Shown one piece after another: positions 38,714 to 51,699 of a stretch of DNA of 64,000 bases. Positions within the stretch are counted from its first letter, which is position 1. Each line of letters opens with the position of its first letter. The translations under genes and the position numbers were made by a program. The notes below the pieces were generated by a model that saw only the letters and a list, made by a program, of their open reading frames with translations, had not been told where the DNA came from and searched no databases. Source of the stretch: Eledone cirrhosa. Taxonomy: Eukaryota. The stretch lies in assembly GCA_964016885.1 (NCBI GenBank), contig OZ024741.1, positions 201,624,001 through 201,688,000 of the forward strand. The letters are read 5' to 3'.

Positions 38714-39399
38714 GTGAGTAACTGTTTTTTATATCACACTTTTACACAAAACATGTTTTAAAACTTATTTGTTTCAGTTCTGTGAGTCTCTGCCTTATGT
38801 GCTTGTGTTATATTGTCATGACAATAGGATCTTCACAAAAAATAAAACCAAAATCAAGAAATAAATGAACACATACATATACACCTTTATATATGAATTA
38901 GAAGAATGGGGGTATATTTATCAAAAGCATAAGTAGCTTATAGGTATTGTTCTCTAATACCAAAAGCAATTTTTTTCTTTAATGATTATGCTAAAAACTA
39001 GTTCATTTGTGATCATAATGTTGTTTAATTTATGTTGTGTACTGTAGGGGGTGCCTGGGTATTTAGTTGCTTTCATGCACAATCCTTATTTGATGCAAGA
39101 AAAAAAGAAATATATATATATATTGATTTTGACAAAGATATACAATATCTTCATATCTATTTAATTTCTTTAACAAAATCAATATGCAAAATACTTAGTT
39201 TCAACTTTAGAAATTTCACAGTTAATAACTTGTAGCATGTAGATTGATCATGTAGCATGTAGATTGATCATGAAGAACTATTGATTTTTAAGTGAGTGAA
39301 ATATGAAAATGAAATAGCTGTAGCTTTATATCTAAATTTACAGAAATCCAAAGTTATATCAACAGAAATAATTTTCTCTTAGCTGGTGAAAAAAAATGT

Positions 39400-41600
39400 T
39401 TTTCATCAGCTTGAAAGTCACTCTCTACAGGAAATATATTTGTGGATAGGGAATTCCAGAGGGTTGACATTTTAATGAGGAAGGATTGGAAAAAAATATT
39501 AAGATGATAGGAGGCAGAGGAGAAACAGGTGTGCTGAGGTAGAGGTTCAACAGTAGTAGTAGCAGAAAGGAAACTGTACATCTACTAGCCAAATGTAATA
39601 TGTTGCTGGGTGTGTCTTTACCTATCATTGAGAGAGACTGCTTCACAAAGTAGTTTAGAATGTTTGTGTGTGTAACATTAACACCATTCCAGATAGGTGT
39701 TCAGTACTTCATTGTGGGGCTTACTGATCAGGCTGAAGTATTTTCTGGCATTGAAGAGGAAAAGTAAGTCTTAAGGATACAGTTTTATTTTTATTAATTC
39801 ATGTGGGACCACTAGAAAAGATACAAAATGTTGGTCTTTCATTTGGAGTGACTTGAACATTTTGATTGAGTATTGTCCAACACCAAAAAAGATGATGTTC
39901 AAGATGGTTTCTTTACTATAAGCAGGGAAATGTATGTCTTTGTAATATTGAGACAAAATATTCATGTCCTTATTAGAAAATGTTTTCGAGGTTTTTGTAG
40001 AGAAGGTAGAGGAGACACAATTTAACCTTGCAGACATCGAAGTTGGTAGTGTGTGTCACAAAAACTGAGTGCACACAGCAATAGTGTAATCTCACTGAAA
40101 GCTTCCAAATGCAGATAGGATGGCTGGGTGAAGCCCATTCGCAAGCAGCTTAAATAAGAAATTCTTATATCAAACATGCTCAAAAGAGATGCTGATATCA
40201 GGTGCAATGACATTGCTTTTGCTAAACCTGTCAAGAAAAAAGAGACTACTGAGAAGAGCAGATACCTTGCGTATTTGGCTCTATGGGAGCTGTACTGGTA
40301 GAGATATTATATTATGGCACGATACTGAAAGTGTTACAGGAGGTGATTGTTAATTATTTGCATTCAAATGGAATTGAGAGTAGATGGATGGTGGATTTAG
40401 AGGTGTTACCTTTCTTGGATATGGAACAGACCAATATATACTTTAAAGATTGGGATAGATTCCTGTAGAGAAAGAATGGTCAAAGAGTTTGAAAAGGACA
40501 GTTTTGGAGTGCATTAGTTGAGGAACATTGTCAAGGCAAGTAACTTCATTTGGTTTGTGTACATAGTGATGAGACTGGTGGATTCAAGAAAGTGACTGGT
40601 TGATTCAAGAAAGGGTAGGAAATGTGCCAGTTTTCTCTGCAAGAGCCATCTTCTTTAATGAGTGGTGGTAGAGATCTTGGATCAAAAGGACTGGCTATAA
40701 TTTGGGATTTAACCTTTTAGCATTTAAACCGGCCATATCCGACCAGAAATCTCTCACCTCTTTCTGTTCAAACTTGTTGTAACTGACTGCTCATACCTAC
40801 ATTAAGGTAATGTTTTCAAAATAAATAGCATCAAAATCTCGTAGACTTGATATTGTGTGAGATAATTATGTAAGATAAAGCCTTTACTGTGAAAATACTA
40901 TAGTAAATATAGAATAATGTAAATGATAAAGGGTTAAGAAAACTTTGTAATGCTGTGAGATATATGAAGGTATCTTTTTGTTTTTAGATAGAAGAGTTGC
41001 AATAGTTGGTAAAATTTGGTGGAGGTGAGAGAGTTTCTTATTGGCTCTACTGAATTATAGTTGTTGTGAACTCCTTGGAGTATTTGGGGCTTGTGGAATT
41101 TGATTTGGCAGGAATGGTTTCAGTTACCTGCTTAGCCACCATGGATAGGTCAGCTAGGAAAGATGTTTGCTGCTAGGTAACGTAAAACAGACGAGCTCTA
41201 ATCATTATGCCGATTTTAAGTGCCATATAGTTAGTGAAGTGGAGAGTGCTGTGTGGTCAGATGATCTGATATGTAAGCAGGCAGTAAAAATTTGGTAACC
41301 ACTGTGTTTGGAAGTGAGAAAGGTTTGAAGTGTTTGAAGGCCTGTGTCTCTGTCAGATATGAGTAGGTTGCAGATAGTCCAGTATGTCAAATGATTCAGC
41401 TTATAGGCCAGCAGTACCAGTGTGGGAGTGAGAGAGCCAAAGGGGGCATTAAGTATTGCATAGAAGTCAGCAAGGACAGTGACTTCAGAGAAGAGTGATG
41501 TGAGGTGAGACAAGTATCTTCGATACAGTATGGTAGACAATTGAAATGTTTAAGGGAAATAAGAGAGTAGTTGAGGCGGCAGAGGAATCAGGGGAACTTG
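39400..41600 (-). mobile_element. Old, highly decayed CR1/Jockey-group LINE (endonuclease to C-terminus)
   Basis: SDHTAL (APE motif) near 41250 and SFLIKMSTLWNSLSTNIFP (C-terminal WNxLP-like motif) near 39450. Interrupted by a MITE at 40709. Confidence 0.5.
40709..40937 (+). mobile_element. TTAA MITE family A
   Basis: TTAA-ccttttagcattta...taaatgataaaggg-TTAA. Confidence 0.85.
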
Positions 41601-41749
41601 GAATCATAGTAACTGGATATCCAAATGAGAAGGGAGAATAGATTTTACATTCACGTAGACACTAGTGAATTTCAACCATATAGTATAATACTGTACAGCT
41701 GAGAAATAGTGGTTGTGAATACAGAGGATCAACGGGGATCAGAAATTCG

Positions 41750-42328
41750 CATCATCAGTCTGGAACCCCTATCTTGCTCAGAACATTGACCTCCTGGAAA
41801 CTGTTCAGAGATGTGCAATCAAGCGCATACCCTCCATCAGACACCTACCATACTCTGAGCCTTGCTTCTCTGGGCATGGATTCATTGAAGCTCTGACGTC
41901 TGGCAATGGACTTCGTAAACACCCACAAAATTATTAACCATCTCGCCAACAACAACCCTGAGCACCTTTTTGATCTCCATGTGTCTAACACACGTGGACA
42001 TGCCTACAACATCAGAAAACGGCACAGCTCCCATGACTTTCGGAAACATTTTTTCACGCTTAGAGTTGCTGAAGCATGGAACAAACTGCCTGCGTCAGTT
42101 GTTAGCTGTCGAGATACTGCATCCTTTAAAACCCTCATGCTTCCCGAAATTCGCCAAAACTACACCTGATGTCCCCCTTCCATACACATGCACACGTGTA
42201 TATCATGACTCATGCACTGTTCATTTTCCTGACATCTGTACATTACCCTATGTACTATACATACACTTTTGAGGAGTTGTAGTGCACCTGAGCACTGTAC
42301 ACAATATTTTCATTATTATTATTATTAA
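41750..42328 (+). mobile_element. CR1 LINE 3' end
   Basis: VWNPYLAQNIDLLETVQRCAIK...TRGHAYNI...RKHFFTLRVAEAWNKLP, then a 3' UTR and (ATT)n tail. Confidence 0.9.
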
Positions 42329-42649
42329 TTCTTTTTATAAAATCCTAGTGTTAAAATGCTAAGTGTTTTGCTTCAAGGCTCTACTCAACTACACAATATA
42401 TCTATATAGTGGACCAGTGTTGTCAATAATGACAGTAATAGTTTTGAACATATTTAATTTTTGGAATCCAGCATTGGCATATATACTAGGATTACCAGAT
42501 ATATAAACAATCATACAAACTGGGAAATTTATGTTTTGATAAATTAGGTTTTACAAAAGAGGCACTCTATAATTTACCATATATACTTGAATATAAGCCA
42601 ACCTCTATTTTCTAAATGAGAAATCGGCAAAAATCCAAACCCCCATTTA

Positions 42650-43162
42650 TAAGCCAAGGCTTATGTTAACAACAAAAGGTTTCTCCTTACATACAAAAGG
42701 ATGACTGTATGATGCTAGTGTGCGAAGTGCGATGCTGCATGGTAATGAAACATGGGTAGTGACTGCAGAGGATGTACATAGCCTGGAGAGAAATAAAGCA
42801 CCTATGCTTCGTTGGATGTGTAGCATAAACGTGTGAGAAAGGCAGAGCTTGGAGAAACTGAGGGAGAAGCTGGGTTTAAGAGAAATCCATGGTGGTATGT
42901 AGGAGAGAAGACTGCATTGGTATGGACATGTGATGCGCATGGAGGATGATCAATGGATGAAGAAGTGCCAGGAAAGGCCAGTTGATCGAAGCCACTGTAG
43001 AAGTAGGCTGAGAAAGACCAGGTGGTGAGAGCTGAACTCAAATCACTGAGACTCACAAAGGAGATGATGAAAAACCGTCGTGAGTGGAGAAATGCTGTGC
43101 TGAAAAGAACCTGTCCAACCGATGCAAGCATGGAACAAAAGACATAAAAATGATGATGATGA
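42650..43162 (+). mobile_element. RTE LINE 3' fragment
   Basis: TKGFSL...LYDASVRSAMLHGNETW...MLRWMC...RRLHWYGHV and a (GAT)n tail. Confidence 0.85.
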
Positions 43163-43993
43163 TATAGTTGTGTTCAGTTTAAAGTAGTGTTAGCTAAATA
43201 GGAAAAGGAAGTGAGATAAACTGAAATAAATAAAACAAAGTAACACCTGTTTAAAACTATATACGTTTCACATTTAATTGTTCATTTAGGTTGGGAATCT
43301 ATGAAGTTCAATTGTTCATTTAGTTAGGGAATCTGTATATAATTAAAGTGGAAAGGGAGAGTTAGGATAAGATGAATTAGAGTAAGATAAAGCGAACTGA
43401 AATACCATAACCAGACACATGGTTGCAAACTGAAAGCCTTGTTGCAGGGTTAGTAGTGGTTAATTGAGAGTACTTTCAGTTCTACAATCCTTCTTCTGAC
43501 ATGTATACTCTTTCTATTCCTGATTTGGCATATCTGTTAGTGACCAGAGTATGTGTAAATGTGTTACCGTAAGTCCAGATCATTTTGTTATTTAGAGTAG
43601 GCTTTTGCTTCCTAAGTCAATATATTTCTGCAATTTTGAGGTTTACCACATCTTTCAGCTTATTTCAGTATATTTAATCTTACCTCACTTTTACATTGTT
43701 TTACTTCATCTCCTTTTCCTGCTTACCTAACATTGTCTTGAACTGCTTGTAACTATGGCAATTACAAAACCTACTATGACAGAATATATCTAGATTTTTA
43801 GCTAATATTGTATGAATAGACAAATGAAAACACTGTCTTTATATACATTGCATCTTTGTAGACAGAGAAATTCTGTTTTGGGTATGTTATCAGCAACTTA
43901 CTACCCTCTTTAATTATCCACAACAAAACTACTTATAAACTCATCATTACAAAGGGCTTAAATAAATCAGATAGACCAATTTGTAAACATAAT

Positions 43994-44175
43994 TGTTTCT
44001 ACTTTTGGCACAAGGCCAGCAATTACACAGTGTATTACTGGTACTTTATTTTATCAACCCCGTAAGGATGAAAGGCAAAGTTAACCTCGGCAGGATTTGA
44101 ACTCAGAATGGCAAGGGCCGTAACTCTATGCGTCAAAGCATGGCGTCCGACCCACTACCGATACTGCCAATCCAC
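43994..44175 (-). mobile_element. tRNA-derived Nin/Deu-like SINE with ~18-bp target-site duplication
   Basis: Reverse complement of the 33777 family, flanked by direct repeat ccaatttgtaaacataat (43976-43993 and 44175-44192). Confidence 0.9.
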
Positions 44176-44404
44176 CAATTTGTAAACATAATGCATTCTT
44201 GACAGGTAATTCAATTAATAAATTATTCATAGATTGATAAATTCATCATCATCATTTTATGTCTGCTTTACATGCTGGCATGGGTTAGACAAGTTGTTAC
44301 AGAGACCAAACAGATTGGGTTAACTTCTTAATGTTCAATGCCAACCAAACTAATACAGGGTGTACTGGGTGCATTATATGCAAAATACTGTTAACATTAT
44401 TATT

Positions 44405-44705
44405 ATATAGAAAGTGTGGTGTGTTCATGTGTGGAGATGCTATAAAATTGCTTACAAAATAGAGATGGAATAAGAAGTTGCCATCAGCCACTATGAAGAT
44501 TGAACCTCATATCCCTAAGATACCAGCTAGGCACATTGAACCATTAAGCTTAATGGTTCAAAGCACCTACCCAGTATCTGGGAGATACAAGGTTCGATTC
44601 TTCTTTGTGGCTAATGGCAACTTCTTTTTCCATCTCTAAGAGTCTTCACCCTATTTTGTAAGCTATTTTATAGCATTTCTGCTCATGAACACACTATTCT
44701 TTATA
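44405..44705. repeat. Spacer-less inverted repeat of two tRNA-SINE-like arms (~140 bp per arm)
   Basis: Perfect 26-bp central palindrome ttgaaccattaag|cttaatggttcaa (44536-44561). The arms align out to catgaacacac on both sides. Confidence 0.9.
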
Positions 44706-45504
44706 TTAACTTGATCCCTTCAGTGTTTCATAAAAGTCCAACAGATCAACTACATATATACAAGATTTGTTTATATTTATTAGATATTTATAGATCTATT
44801 GTGTAACATTAAAACAAAACTGTCAATGCACTAATAATTAAATAACTTGGACAAATATAAACAGATGTCTATACAGTCTGTGGATAGTAAAAGGATATTT
44901 GGTCTAACCAACTTCAGTCTTATTTGGACCAGGTCATCAGAGACCATGTGTCTGCCTTTTTTGTCAATGAAGAAATAATATATCATCGTCATCATTATGT
45001 GTGTATATATATATATAACTTAAAATGCAGTGGGAATATGAATAAAGCAAGAACGGGGGAAGGGGAGTTTTCCTCATCAGTTATCATTTCTACACTTTAA
45101 AGACAAGATACCTCACCCCAGGGCGTCAATAACTGGATAAGTTATTGGGAAAATGAGGGAAGGAGGGAAGGAAAGCAAAGGAGAAGAAAATAGAAAACAG
45201 TAACAAAACAGCGAAAAACAACAACAAACCGAGCAATGTGCGAGCAACTATAGGTGGGAAATCCAAGACCACTCGATAAGAGAACTTAAGTTCAAGACTG
45301 AGTGGTCGAGAGGAACAATATATGGAAATTGGTTTAGAAGATTTCGCCGTAACTTTGACTACACAAAATAGTTTGATAATGGTGGGTGTATAAATACACT
45401 GGATGAGCATTTTTTTCTGTTCAGTGGGTGAAATCTTCTAATTCAATCTTCAAATTCCACTTGACATTTTCTAAACATGTTCTTATATATATATATATAT
45501 ATAT

Positions 45505-47040
45505 ATAAAGAAACAGTTAGTAAGGTTAGAATTAACAATGAATATTGTGAAGAATTTAGTGTAAAAGTTGGTGTTCATCAAAGCTCTGTTGTTAGCCCCC
45601 TCCTATTTATTATTGCCCTTCAGGCTATAACAGAGGAGTTTAAGACCGGCTGCCCATGGGAACTCCTATACGCAGATGATCTAACTCTCATAGCTGAATC
45701 TATGGCTGAACTAGAGAAGAAATTCCAAACATGGAAGCATGGCCTAGAATCAAAAGGCCTTAAAGTTAACTTGTCTAAGATTAAAGTTCTAGTTTGTAGA
45801 AAGGAAAATACGGCACAGGTGCCCTCAGGGAAATGGCCATGCTCAGTATGTAGGAAAGGAGTAGGCAGAAATTCCATTTTATGTTCCAAATGCAAACTAT
45901 GGATACATAAAAGATGTAGTGGGATCACAGGTAAACTATCTAAGAACGTAGATTTTATATGTGGCCAATGCTCAGGTGCAATAAGTAGCAAGTGCCCACA
46001 GGATACTAGCTCCTTCTATTGCCCAGATGGTTCTATAGAAATAGTGGACACTTTCCGTTACCTGGGTGACAAAATCAGCAGTGGTGGAGGGTGCTCTGAA
46101 AGTACAGTAGCCAGAGTCAGAACGGGATGGAAAAGGTTCAAAGAGCTTATACTGCTGTTGGCCACAAAAGGTTTCTCTCTAAAAATGAAAGGCAGATTGT
46201 ATGATGCCTGTATACGAACAGCAATGCTACATGGCAGTGAGACATGGGCATTGCGTGCAGAGGACCTGCGCAGACTGGAAAGGAACGAAGCATGCATGCT
46301 CCGTTGGATGTGTAATAGTAATATACGTGAACGGCAAAGCATAAATGAACTAAGTGAGAAATTAGGAATAAGAGGGATCAGATGTTGTTTACATGAGAGA
46401 AGACTACGTTGGTATGGTCACGTGATGCGCATGAAAGATGACAGCTGTATAAAAAGTGCAGGGCGAACAAAATTGATCGTCGTTACGGAGTAGGTAGACC
46501 CAGAAAAATATGGGACGATTTGATAAATTCCCACCTTACACACTTGCACCTCTCTAAGACAATGTCACTGGACCGAGATCTTTGGCGCTACGCAGTAATA
46601 CAGAAGACCCGCCTTGCCTATGTACAAAGCGAAACCTACAGTCAGTAGGCACCTCTTAACCAAATATACACCCCAATCCGCTACCCCTACCCTATCCTCC
46701 CACTCCCACTAACACCACCCTCTCTCTGTAAAGTTGGTACCATAACATCCAGTCCAAATAAATGAGATAATGAGATCGAGATCGTGTAGGTGTTACGAGA
46801 AAAAAAACACACAGTCCACGCTGTAAAGTGGCCGTGTAGGTAACACGGTTAAAAGTTCTTAGTTCCACACTGTAAATGTGGTTGGTGTTAGGAAGGGCAT
46901 CCAGCCGTAGAAAACCTGCCAGATAGTCCTATATGAGCGAGACACGGTCACCCAACCAATCTTGCCTCAAGTGGGACAACTCCCATCTAACCCATGCTAG
47001 CGTGGAAGATGGACGTTAAACAAAGATGATGATGATGATA
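45505..47040 (+). mobile_element. 5'-truncated RTE LINE (PHD-in-RT family) with 3' UTR and (GAT)n tail, inserted in (TA)n
   Basis: ORF 45477-46493 has GVHQSSVVSPLLF, LYADD, a C4HC3 insert, FRYLG and RRLRWYGHV. Frameshift near 46450. Confidence 0.95.
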
Positions 47041-47137
47041 TATATATATATATGTTTGTGTACATGAGAAAATAATCAATTGATTAGGCAAATTAAAATA
47101 ATGACATCTGTCAACCTATTTATCTATCCATACATGT

Positions 47138-47138
<1 letters not shown>

Positions 47139-47218
<80 letters not shown>
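47139..47218. repeat. (CA)n microsatellite, ~40 units
   Basis: Directly visible. Confidence 0.97.
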
Positions 47219-47222
<4 letters not shown>

Positions 47223-47652
47223 TATGCATAGAAATGCTAAAGTATAATAGCATATTTTGGAATATACCTTAATTTTAATATATATTTTTATGTGGTATTG
47301 TTTGCTTCTAAATTTTTCATTTGGTTAAAATATTTTGTTCAACTTGAATATGTAAACAGGTATTATATTAAAATTGGATTCATTTTTAATGTATTAAATT
47401 ATATATATTGCTATAAATGTATAATAAAATGCTGCTTTTCACATTCATTTGACCTTGCATTCTTTCACAATGTATTCCAGAGAAGTGTGTTGATTCAATT
47501 AACTATGTCTCCTACTCTAAAAAAAATTATCCCTATTGTCTAGTAAAAAAAGAAATAATTATATGGAAGTCCACTTCTCAGCTTTATGATATTGTAGATC
47601 CTTAAAATATTAAAATATTCACTTTTTTTGCTTTCATTATTTCTATCTGAAG

Positions 47653-47870
47653 GGTGGTGAATTGGCAGTATCGGTAGAGCGTTGACCAACATGCTTCGCG
47701 GCATATAGTTATGGCCCTTTATGTTCTGAGTTCAAATCCCTCCGAGGTTAGCTTTGCCTTTCATCCTTACAGGGTCGATAAAATAAAGCACCAGTAATGT
47801 ACTGGGGTCAATTTAATCGACTTTCCCCACCTCTGCCAAAATTGCTGGCCTTGTGCCTATAATAGAAATT
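47653..47870 (+). mobile_element. tRNA-derived Nin/Deu-like SINE
   Basis: Same family as 33777. Flanked by imperfect direct repeat attat(t/a)tctatctga. Confidence 0.85.
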
Positions 47871-48019
47871 ATATCTATCTGATTTAATCTACCTTCAACT
47901 GATCTTCCATAGGCTGATATTTTCAGCAAAATGTTGTCATAACATAGTGTTAAGCCATTTAACATGAATTTTGATGCTCATATCTACATTAGTGTATCAA
48001 TAAAATCTTTTCTTTCCAG

Positions 48020-48084
48020 GCGAGATAAATTATGGATTGCTATGGAATACTGTGGTGGAGGTTCTATGCAGGATATTTATCACA
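48020..48084 (+). CDS. MAP4K3: MAP4K3-like coding exon (RDKLWIAMEYCGGGSMQDIYH; hinge)
   Basis: ttttctttccAG acceptor and GTAAGT donor; 65 bp, in phase. Confidence 0.97.
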
Positions 48085-48339
48085 GTAAGTATTTTCTTCA
48101 AAATGATACATTTTCTTGAGGATAGGATATGTTTTAACAAATTTTATTTTGAATATATGTCAAGGATTGAATGAATAATAAATGCTATTACTCTTTAGTA
48201 GTTTTACATTTTCTGAGAAATTTGTTTTCTTTTTTATTATTTCCTAGTAAAGTTCTCTGCAGTTGATAAATTTTCCTTCAGTTTAAGTTGTTTATATACC
48301 ATTACTGAAAGTAACATTAATGAAAGTACAGTCATAGTA

Positions 48340-48830
48340 CGGGGAGAGGGTAGATCTAGATGAGGTACAGTTTGGATTTGTGCCAGGCAAAAACACCACT
48401 GATGCCCTCTTCCTTGTGAGACAGTTACAGGAAAAGTACCTAGCTAAAAGTAAGCCTCTCTACCTAGCATTTGTTGATCTGGAGAAAGCTTTTGACAGTG
48501 CCCCGTGACATAATTTGGTGGGCTCTTAGAAAACTAGGAGTGGTTTGTGAAGGCTGTACAAGTCATGATTAACAATGACTATAGCGAGGAATTTAGCGTA
48601 CAAGTTGGTGTCCAACAGGGCTCTGTCCTTAGCCCACTCCTGTTTATTATCGTTTTGCAGGCTATAACAGAGGAGTTTAAGACCAGCTGCCCATGGGAAC
48701 TTCTGTATGTGGATGATCTACTACTCATAGCTGAATCCATGGTGGAACTAGAGAAAGAATTCCAAACATGGAAGCAGGGCCTAAATAGAAGGAGTCTTAA
48801 AGTCAACCTGACAAAGACTAAGGTCCTATT
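48340..48830 (+). mobile_element. RTE LINE internal RT fragment
   Basis: QFGFVPGKNTTDALF..RQLQEKY, DLEKAFD, GVQQGSVLSPLLF and LYVDD. Confidence 0.85.
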
Positions 48831-48929
48831 TATTTTTGTCACACTTTTGTGACCTTGTCACTGACACAATTCCACTCCAACTCAGTATTATTTGTATTTA
48901 TCTGGGTATACTTAAAATATAAGGCTAAC

Positions 48930-49851
48930 TAAACTATAATAAAGTAAGAAGCACGGGACTGCGTACGGTTTATAATTTTTTTATCCCCTTAGTAAAATAA
49001 GTTGGATTACTTTGAATAAATAATGAATGAATATTACATAATTTATCCACTATATTTCGTGGCTGTTCATTAAATATATTTTATTACTTATTTAAAGACT
49101 CAATTCTTTAAAATTTTCAAATATCAACACTTCCGGTTAACGATCGTTTAAATAAATATTCATATATTTATGTCACTAATTTTCTCCTAATGCAGTTTAT
49201 ATATAATATCGTCTTTTTTTAATGTATCATGGATTACGTTACTGATTACATAAGAGAGTGTAACACAGTCTTCGTTCAATTTCTGTGTATATTGTCAATT
49301 ACGATTTTATCAGACCGGGTGATGTGTTGTTTCCTTGAGCAAGAGACTTTATTTCACATTGCTCCAGTTTACTCAGCTGTAGAAATGAGATGATAGGACT
49401 GGGGTCCCTATCATTCCACTGCAAAGTGGTCGTGGAGGTGCCATGGCAAAAAAGCACCCAGCACTCACTGTAAATGAGGTTGGTGTTAGGAAGGGCATCC
49501 AGCTGTAGAAATCAAGCCAGAATCAGCTCCCGTCCCACCCTTGCAAGCAGGGAAAAGTGGACGTAAAATGAAATGAAAATATCTACATGCATATATACTT
49601 GCGTATAATATCAATATTCACACTACACATGCTAGCAGATATATAATATCGTCTTTTTTTAATGTATCATGGATTACGTTACTGATTACATAAAACAGTG
49701 TAACAACGTCTTCATTCAATTTCTGGGTATATTGTCAATTACGATTTTATTTGATGTATCATATCTACATGCATATATACTTGCGTATAATATCGATATA
49801 CACACTACACATGCTAGCTGAAAACCACACGAAGGGTGGTTTTTCTGCTAG
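48930..49851 (+). mobile_element. Non-autonomous Helitron-like element with duplicated 3' segment and nested SINE
   Basis: Ends in hairpin aaaaccac-acgaagg-gtggtttt followed by CTAG|T. Internal direct repeat 49199-49310 / 49639-49750. Confidence 0.65.
49311..49578 (+). mobile_element. 5'-truncated SINE (24247 family)
   Basis: Near-identical to 24311-24625 from cagaccgggtgatg onward. Confidence 0.88.
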
Positions 49852-50142
49852 TACTATTTAATATATTAGCTTTTTTTTAAAGATGGTGGGAGAGTGATTT
49901 ACACTAGATTTAGTTACTATTTCTAGCAGGTCAAGTGAATGTTTAGAAGTTGGCATGTGTGTGTTATTTCCTGGTGTAGCTTTTGATATTCTTATATATT
50001 TTTAGATTTTGGGGTCTGAACATATTTTCTTGTGCTGCACTTATTTTGGGATCTGAATATGTTTTTTTGTGCTGTGTTTATTTTGTTGTTGCAGTTATTA
50101 GCGAGTAGGTCATTCATGTAATAAAGGCAGGGAAATTAGGGT

Positions 50143-50420
50143 TCATTTTTTTTTCACGCTCAGAGTTGCTGAAGCATGGAACAAACTACCTGCATCAGCT
50201 GTTAGCTCTCGAGACACTGCATCCTTTAAAACCTCCATGCTTCCCGAGATTCGCCAACACTACACCTAATGTTCCCCCTCCATACACATACACACATGTA
50301 TATCATGACTCATACACTATTCACTTCCCTGACATTTGTATATTATTCTACGTACTATACATGCACCTTTAACGAGTTGTAGTGCACCTGAGCACTTTAC
50401 ACAATAATTTCATTATTATA
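50143..50420 (+). mobile_element. CR1 LINE short 3' fragment (same family as 41750)
   Basis: FFTLRVAEAWNKLPASAVS plus the same 3' UTR and (ATT)n tail. Confidence 0.88.
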
Positions 50421-51116
50421 ACTGAAATTGAGACTTTGGGATATGGGCATTGAAGGTCTGCTGCAATGGAACAGACTAGTAATTTCTAATGAGTTGGGTG
50501 AGAAACTTTGCTTTAAGGTTCAAATTGAGGTATATCACGTAATTTGTCAACTGCTGTTCTCTCACCTCTGCAGTGATAAAATATCACTAAAAAAAGGTTT
50601 TAAATTCAATTATAAAGATATAATAAAGCAAAACATGATCGATTGAAAATGAACACCAAAACTTGACAGCTTAGATGAAAGACACTCTCCTGGCAATCCA
50701 TGGCTACAGTCATATGTTTCCTTACAATCAATTGACAAGTAATAATAGAATACTCTTTGAACTATATTTAACACTTCCATTACCATATTTCTGATAAAAT
50801 ATACTGTATATGGTTTAATCAATGAAGAATTAGGAAGGACCTGTTAAAATTATTTCAATTATTAAGATGGTATTTGTAACATAAAAAACAAAATTGTTTT
50901 TATATGAAATTAGCTTGGAAGATTCTAATTGAAATAGCATTCAAAATGAGCGTTTTCATTTCATTGAACCAGAAGCAGATTTTGACAGGTCGACATCAAG
51001 ACGGTTAATCCTTATTTTCTAATGTTCTGGACTTTTTTTGTTATATCTTTCCCCTAATTTAGTTCACTTCTATAGTGATCTTACTGAGTTGTCTCCCTTG
51101 AAACGTTTTATTTTAA

Positions 51117-51331
51117 AACCCTTTCGTTACCTTATTTCTAATGAAAGACTAATTTTCAAATCATTTTGAAAACAAGAATTTGGAAATGATTTAGTAATAT
51201 AACTAACTTTCTTATTATTAAGCTGGTGTTTGGAACATAATATAACAAAGGGTCCTTACAACTCAATTACAATTATGATGGAAGGTTTTGTATTGTAGAA
51301 GCAGGGGTGGTTTGGTGTCAAAAGAATTAAA
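51117..51331 (-). mobile_element. TTAA-type MITE family B, decayed
   Basis: aaccctttcgttacc...attatgatggaaggtttt...tttggtgtcaaaagaattaa resembles 34058-34300. Confidence 0.5.
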
Positions 51332-51699
51332 CAGTTAATTACCAAGAAAAAATAGCTGTCTGATATCTTTATTTCTAGATTTTTTCATCTAGCGACTGGG
51401 TATTGTGAAGTATTTAGATACTTGTTGGTATGTTGGTAATTGATATGATATTTATGTATTATTTACAGTGATATACTTTACATATACTATCATGACAACA
51501 GTTTTCTTAAGTTACATCTAGAATCATTGCATTTGAACTATTTATAGTTTAATCAGGATAGAGTAATGTCCGTGAGCTCTGCAGGCCTTCCTAGACACAC
51601 CTGATTCATGCAGCTGTTATTCAGCCTGAAAATCTGAAAATCACTTTTTGCAAAAAATATATTGATAGAAAGAGGATTCCAGAGTGTTGACATACTAGG

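Noticed and set aside
45060-45085. Minus-strand ctgatgag as a hammerhead core
   Set aside because: There is no GAAA after a plausible stem II.
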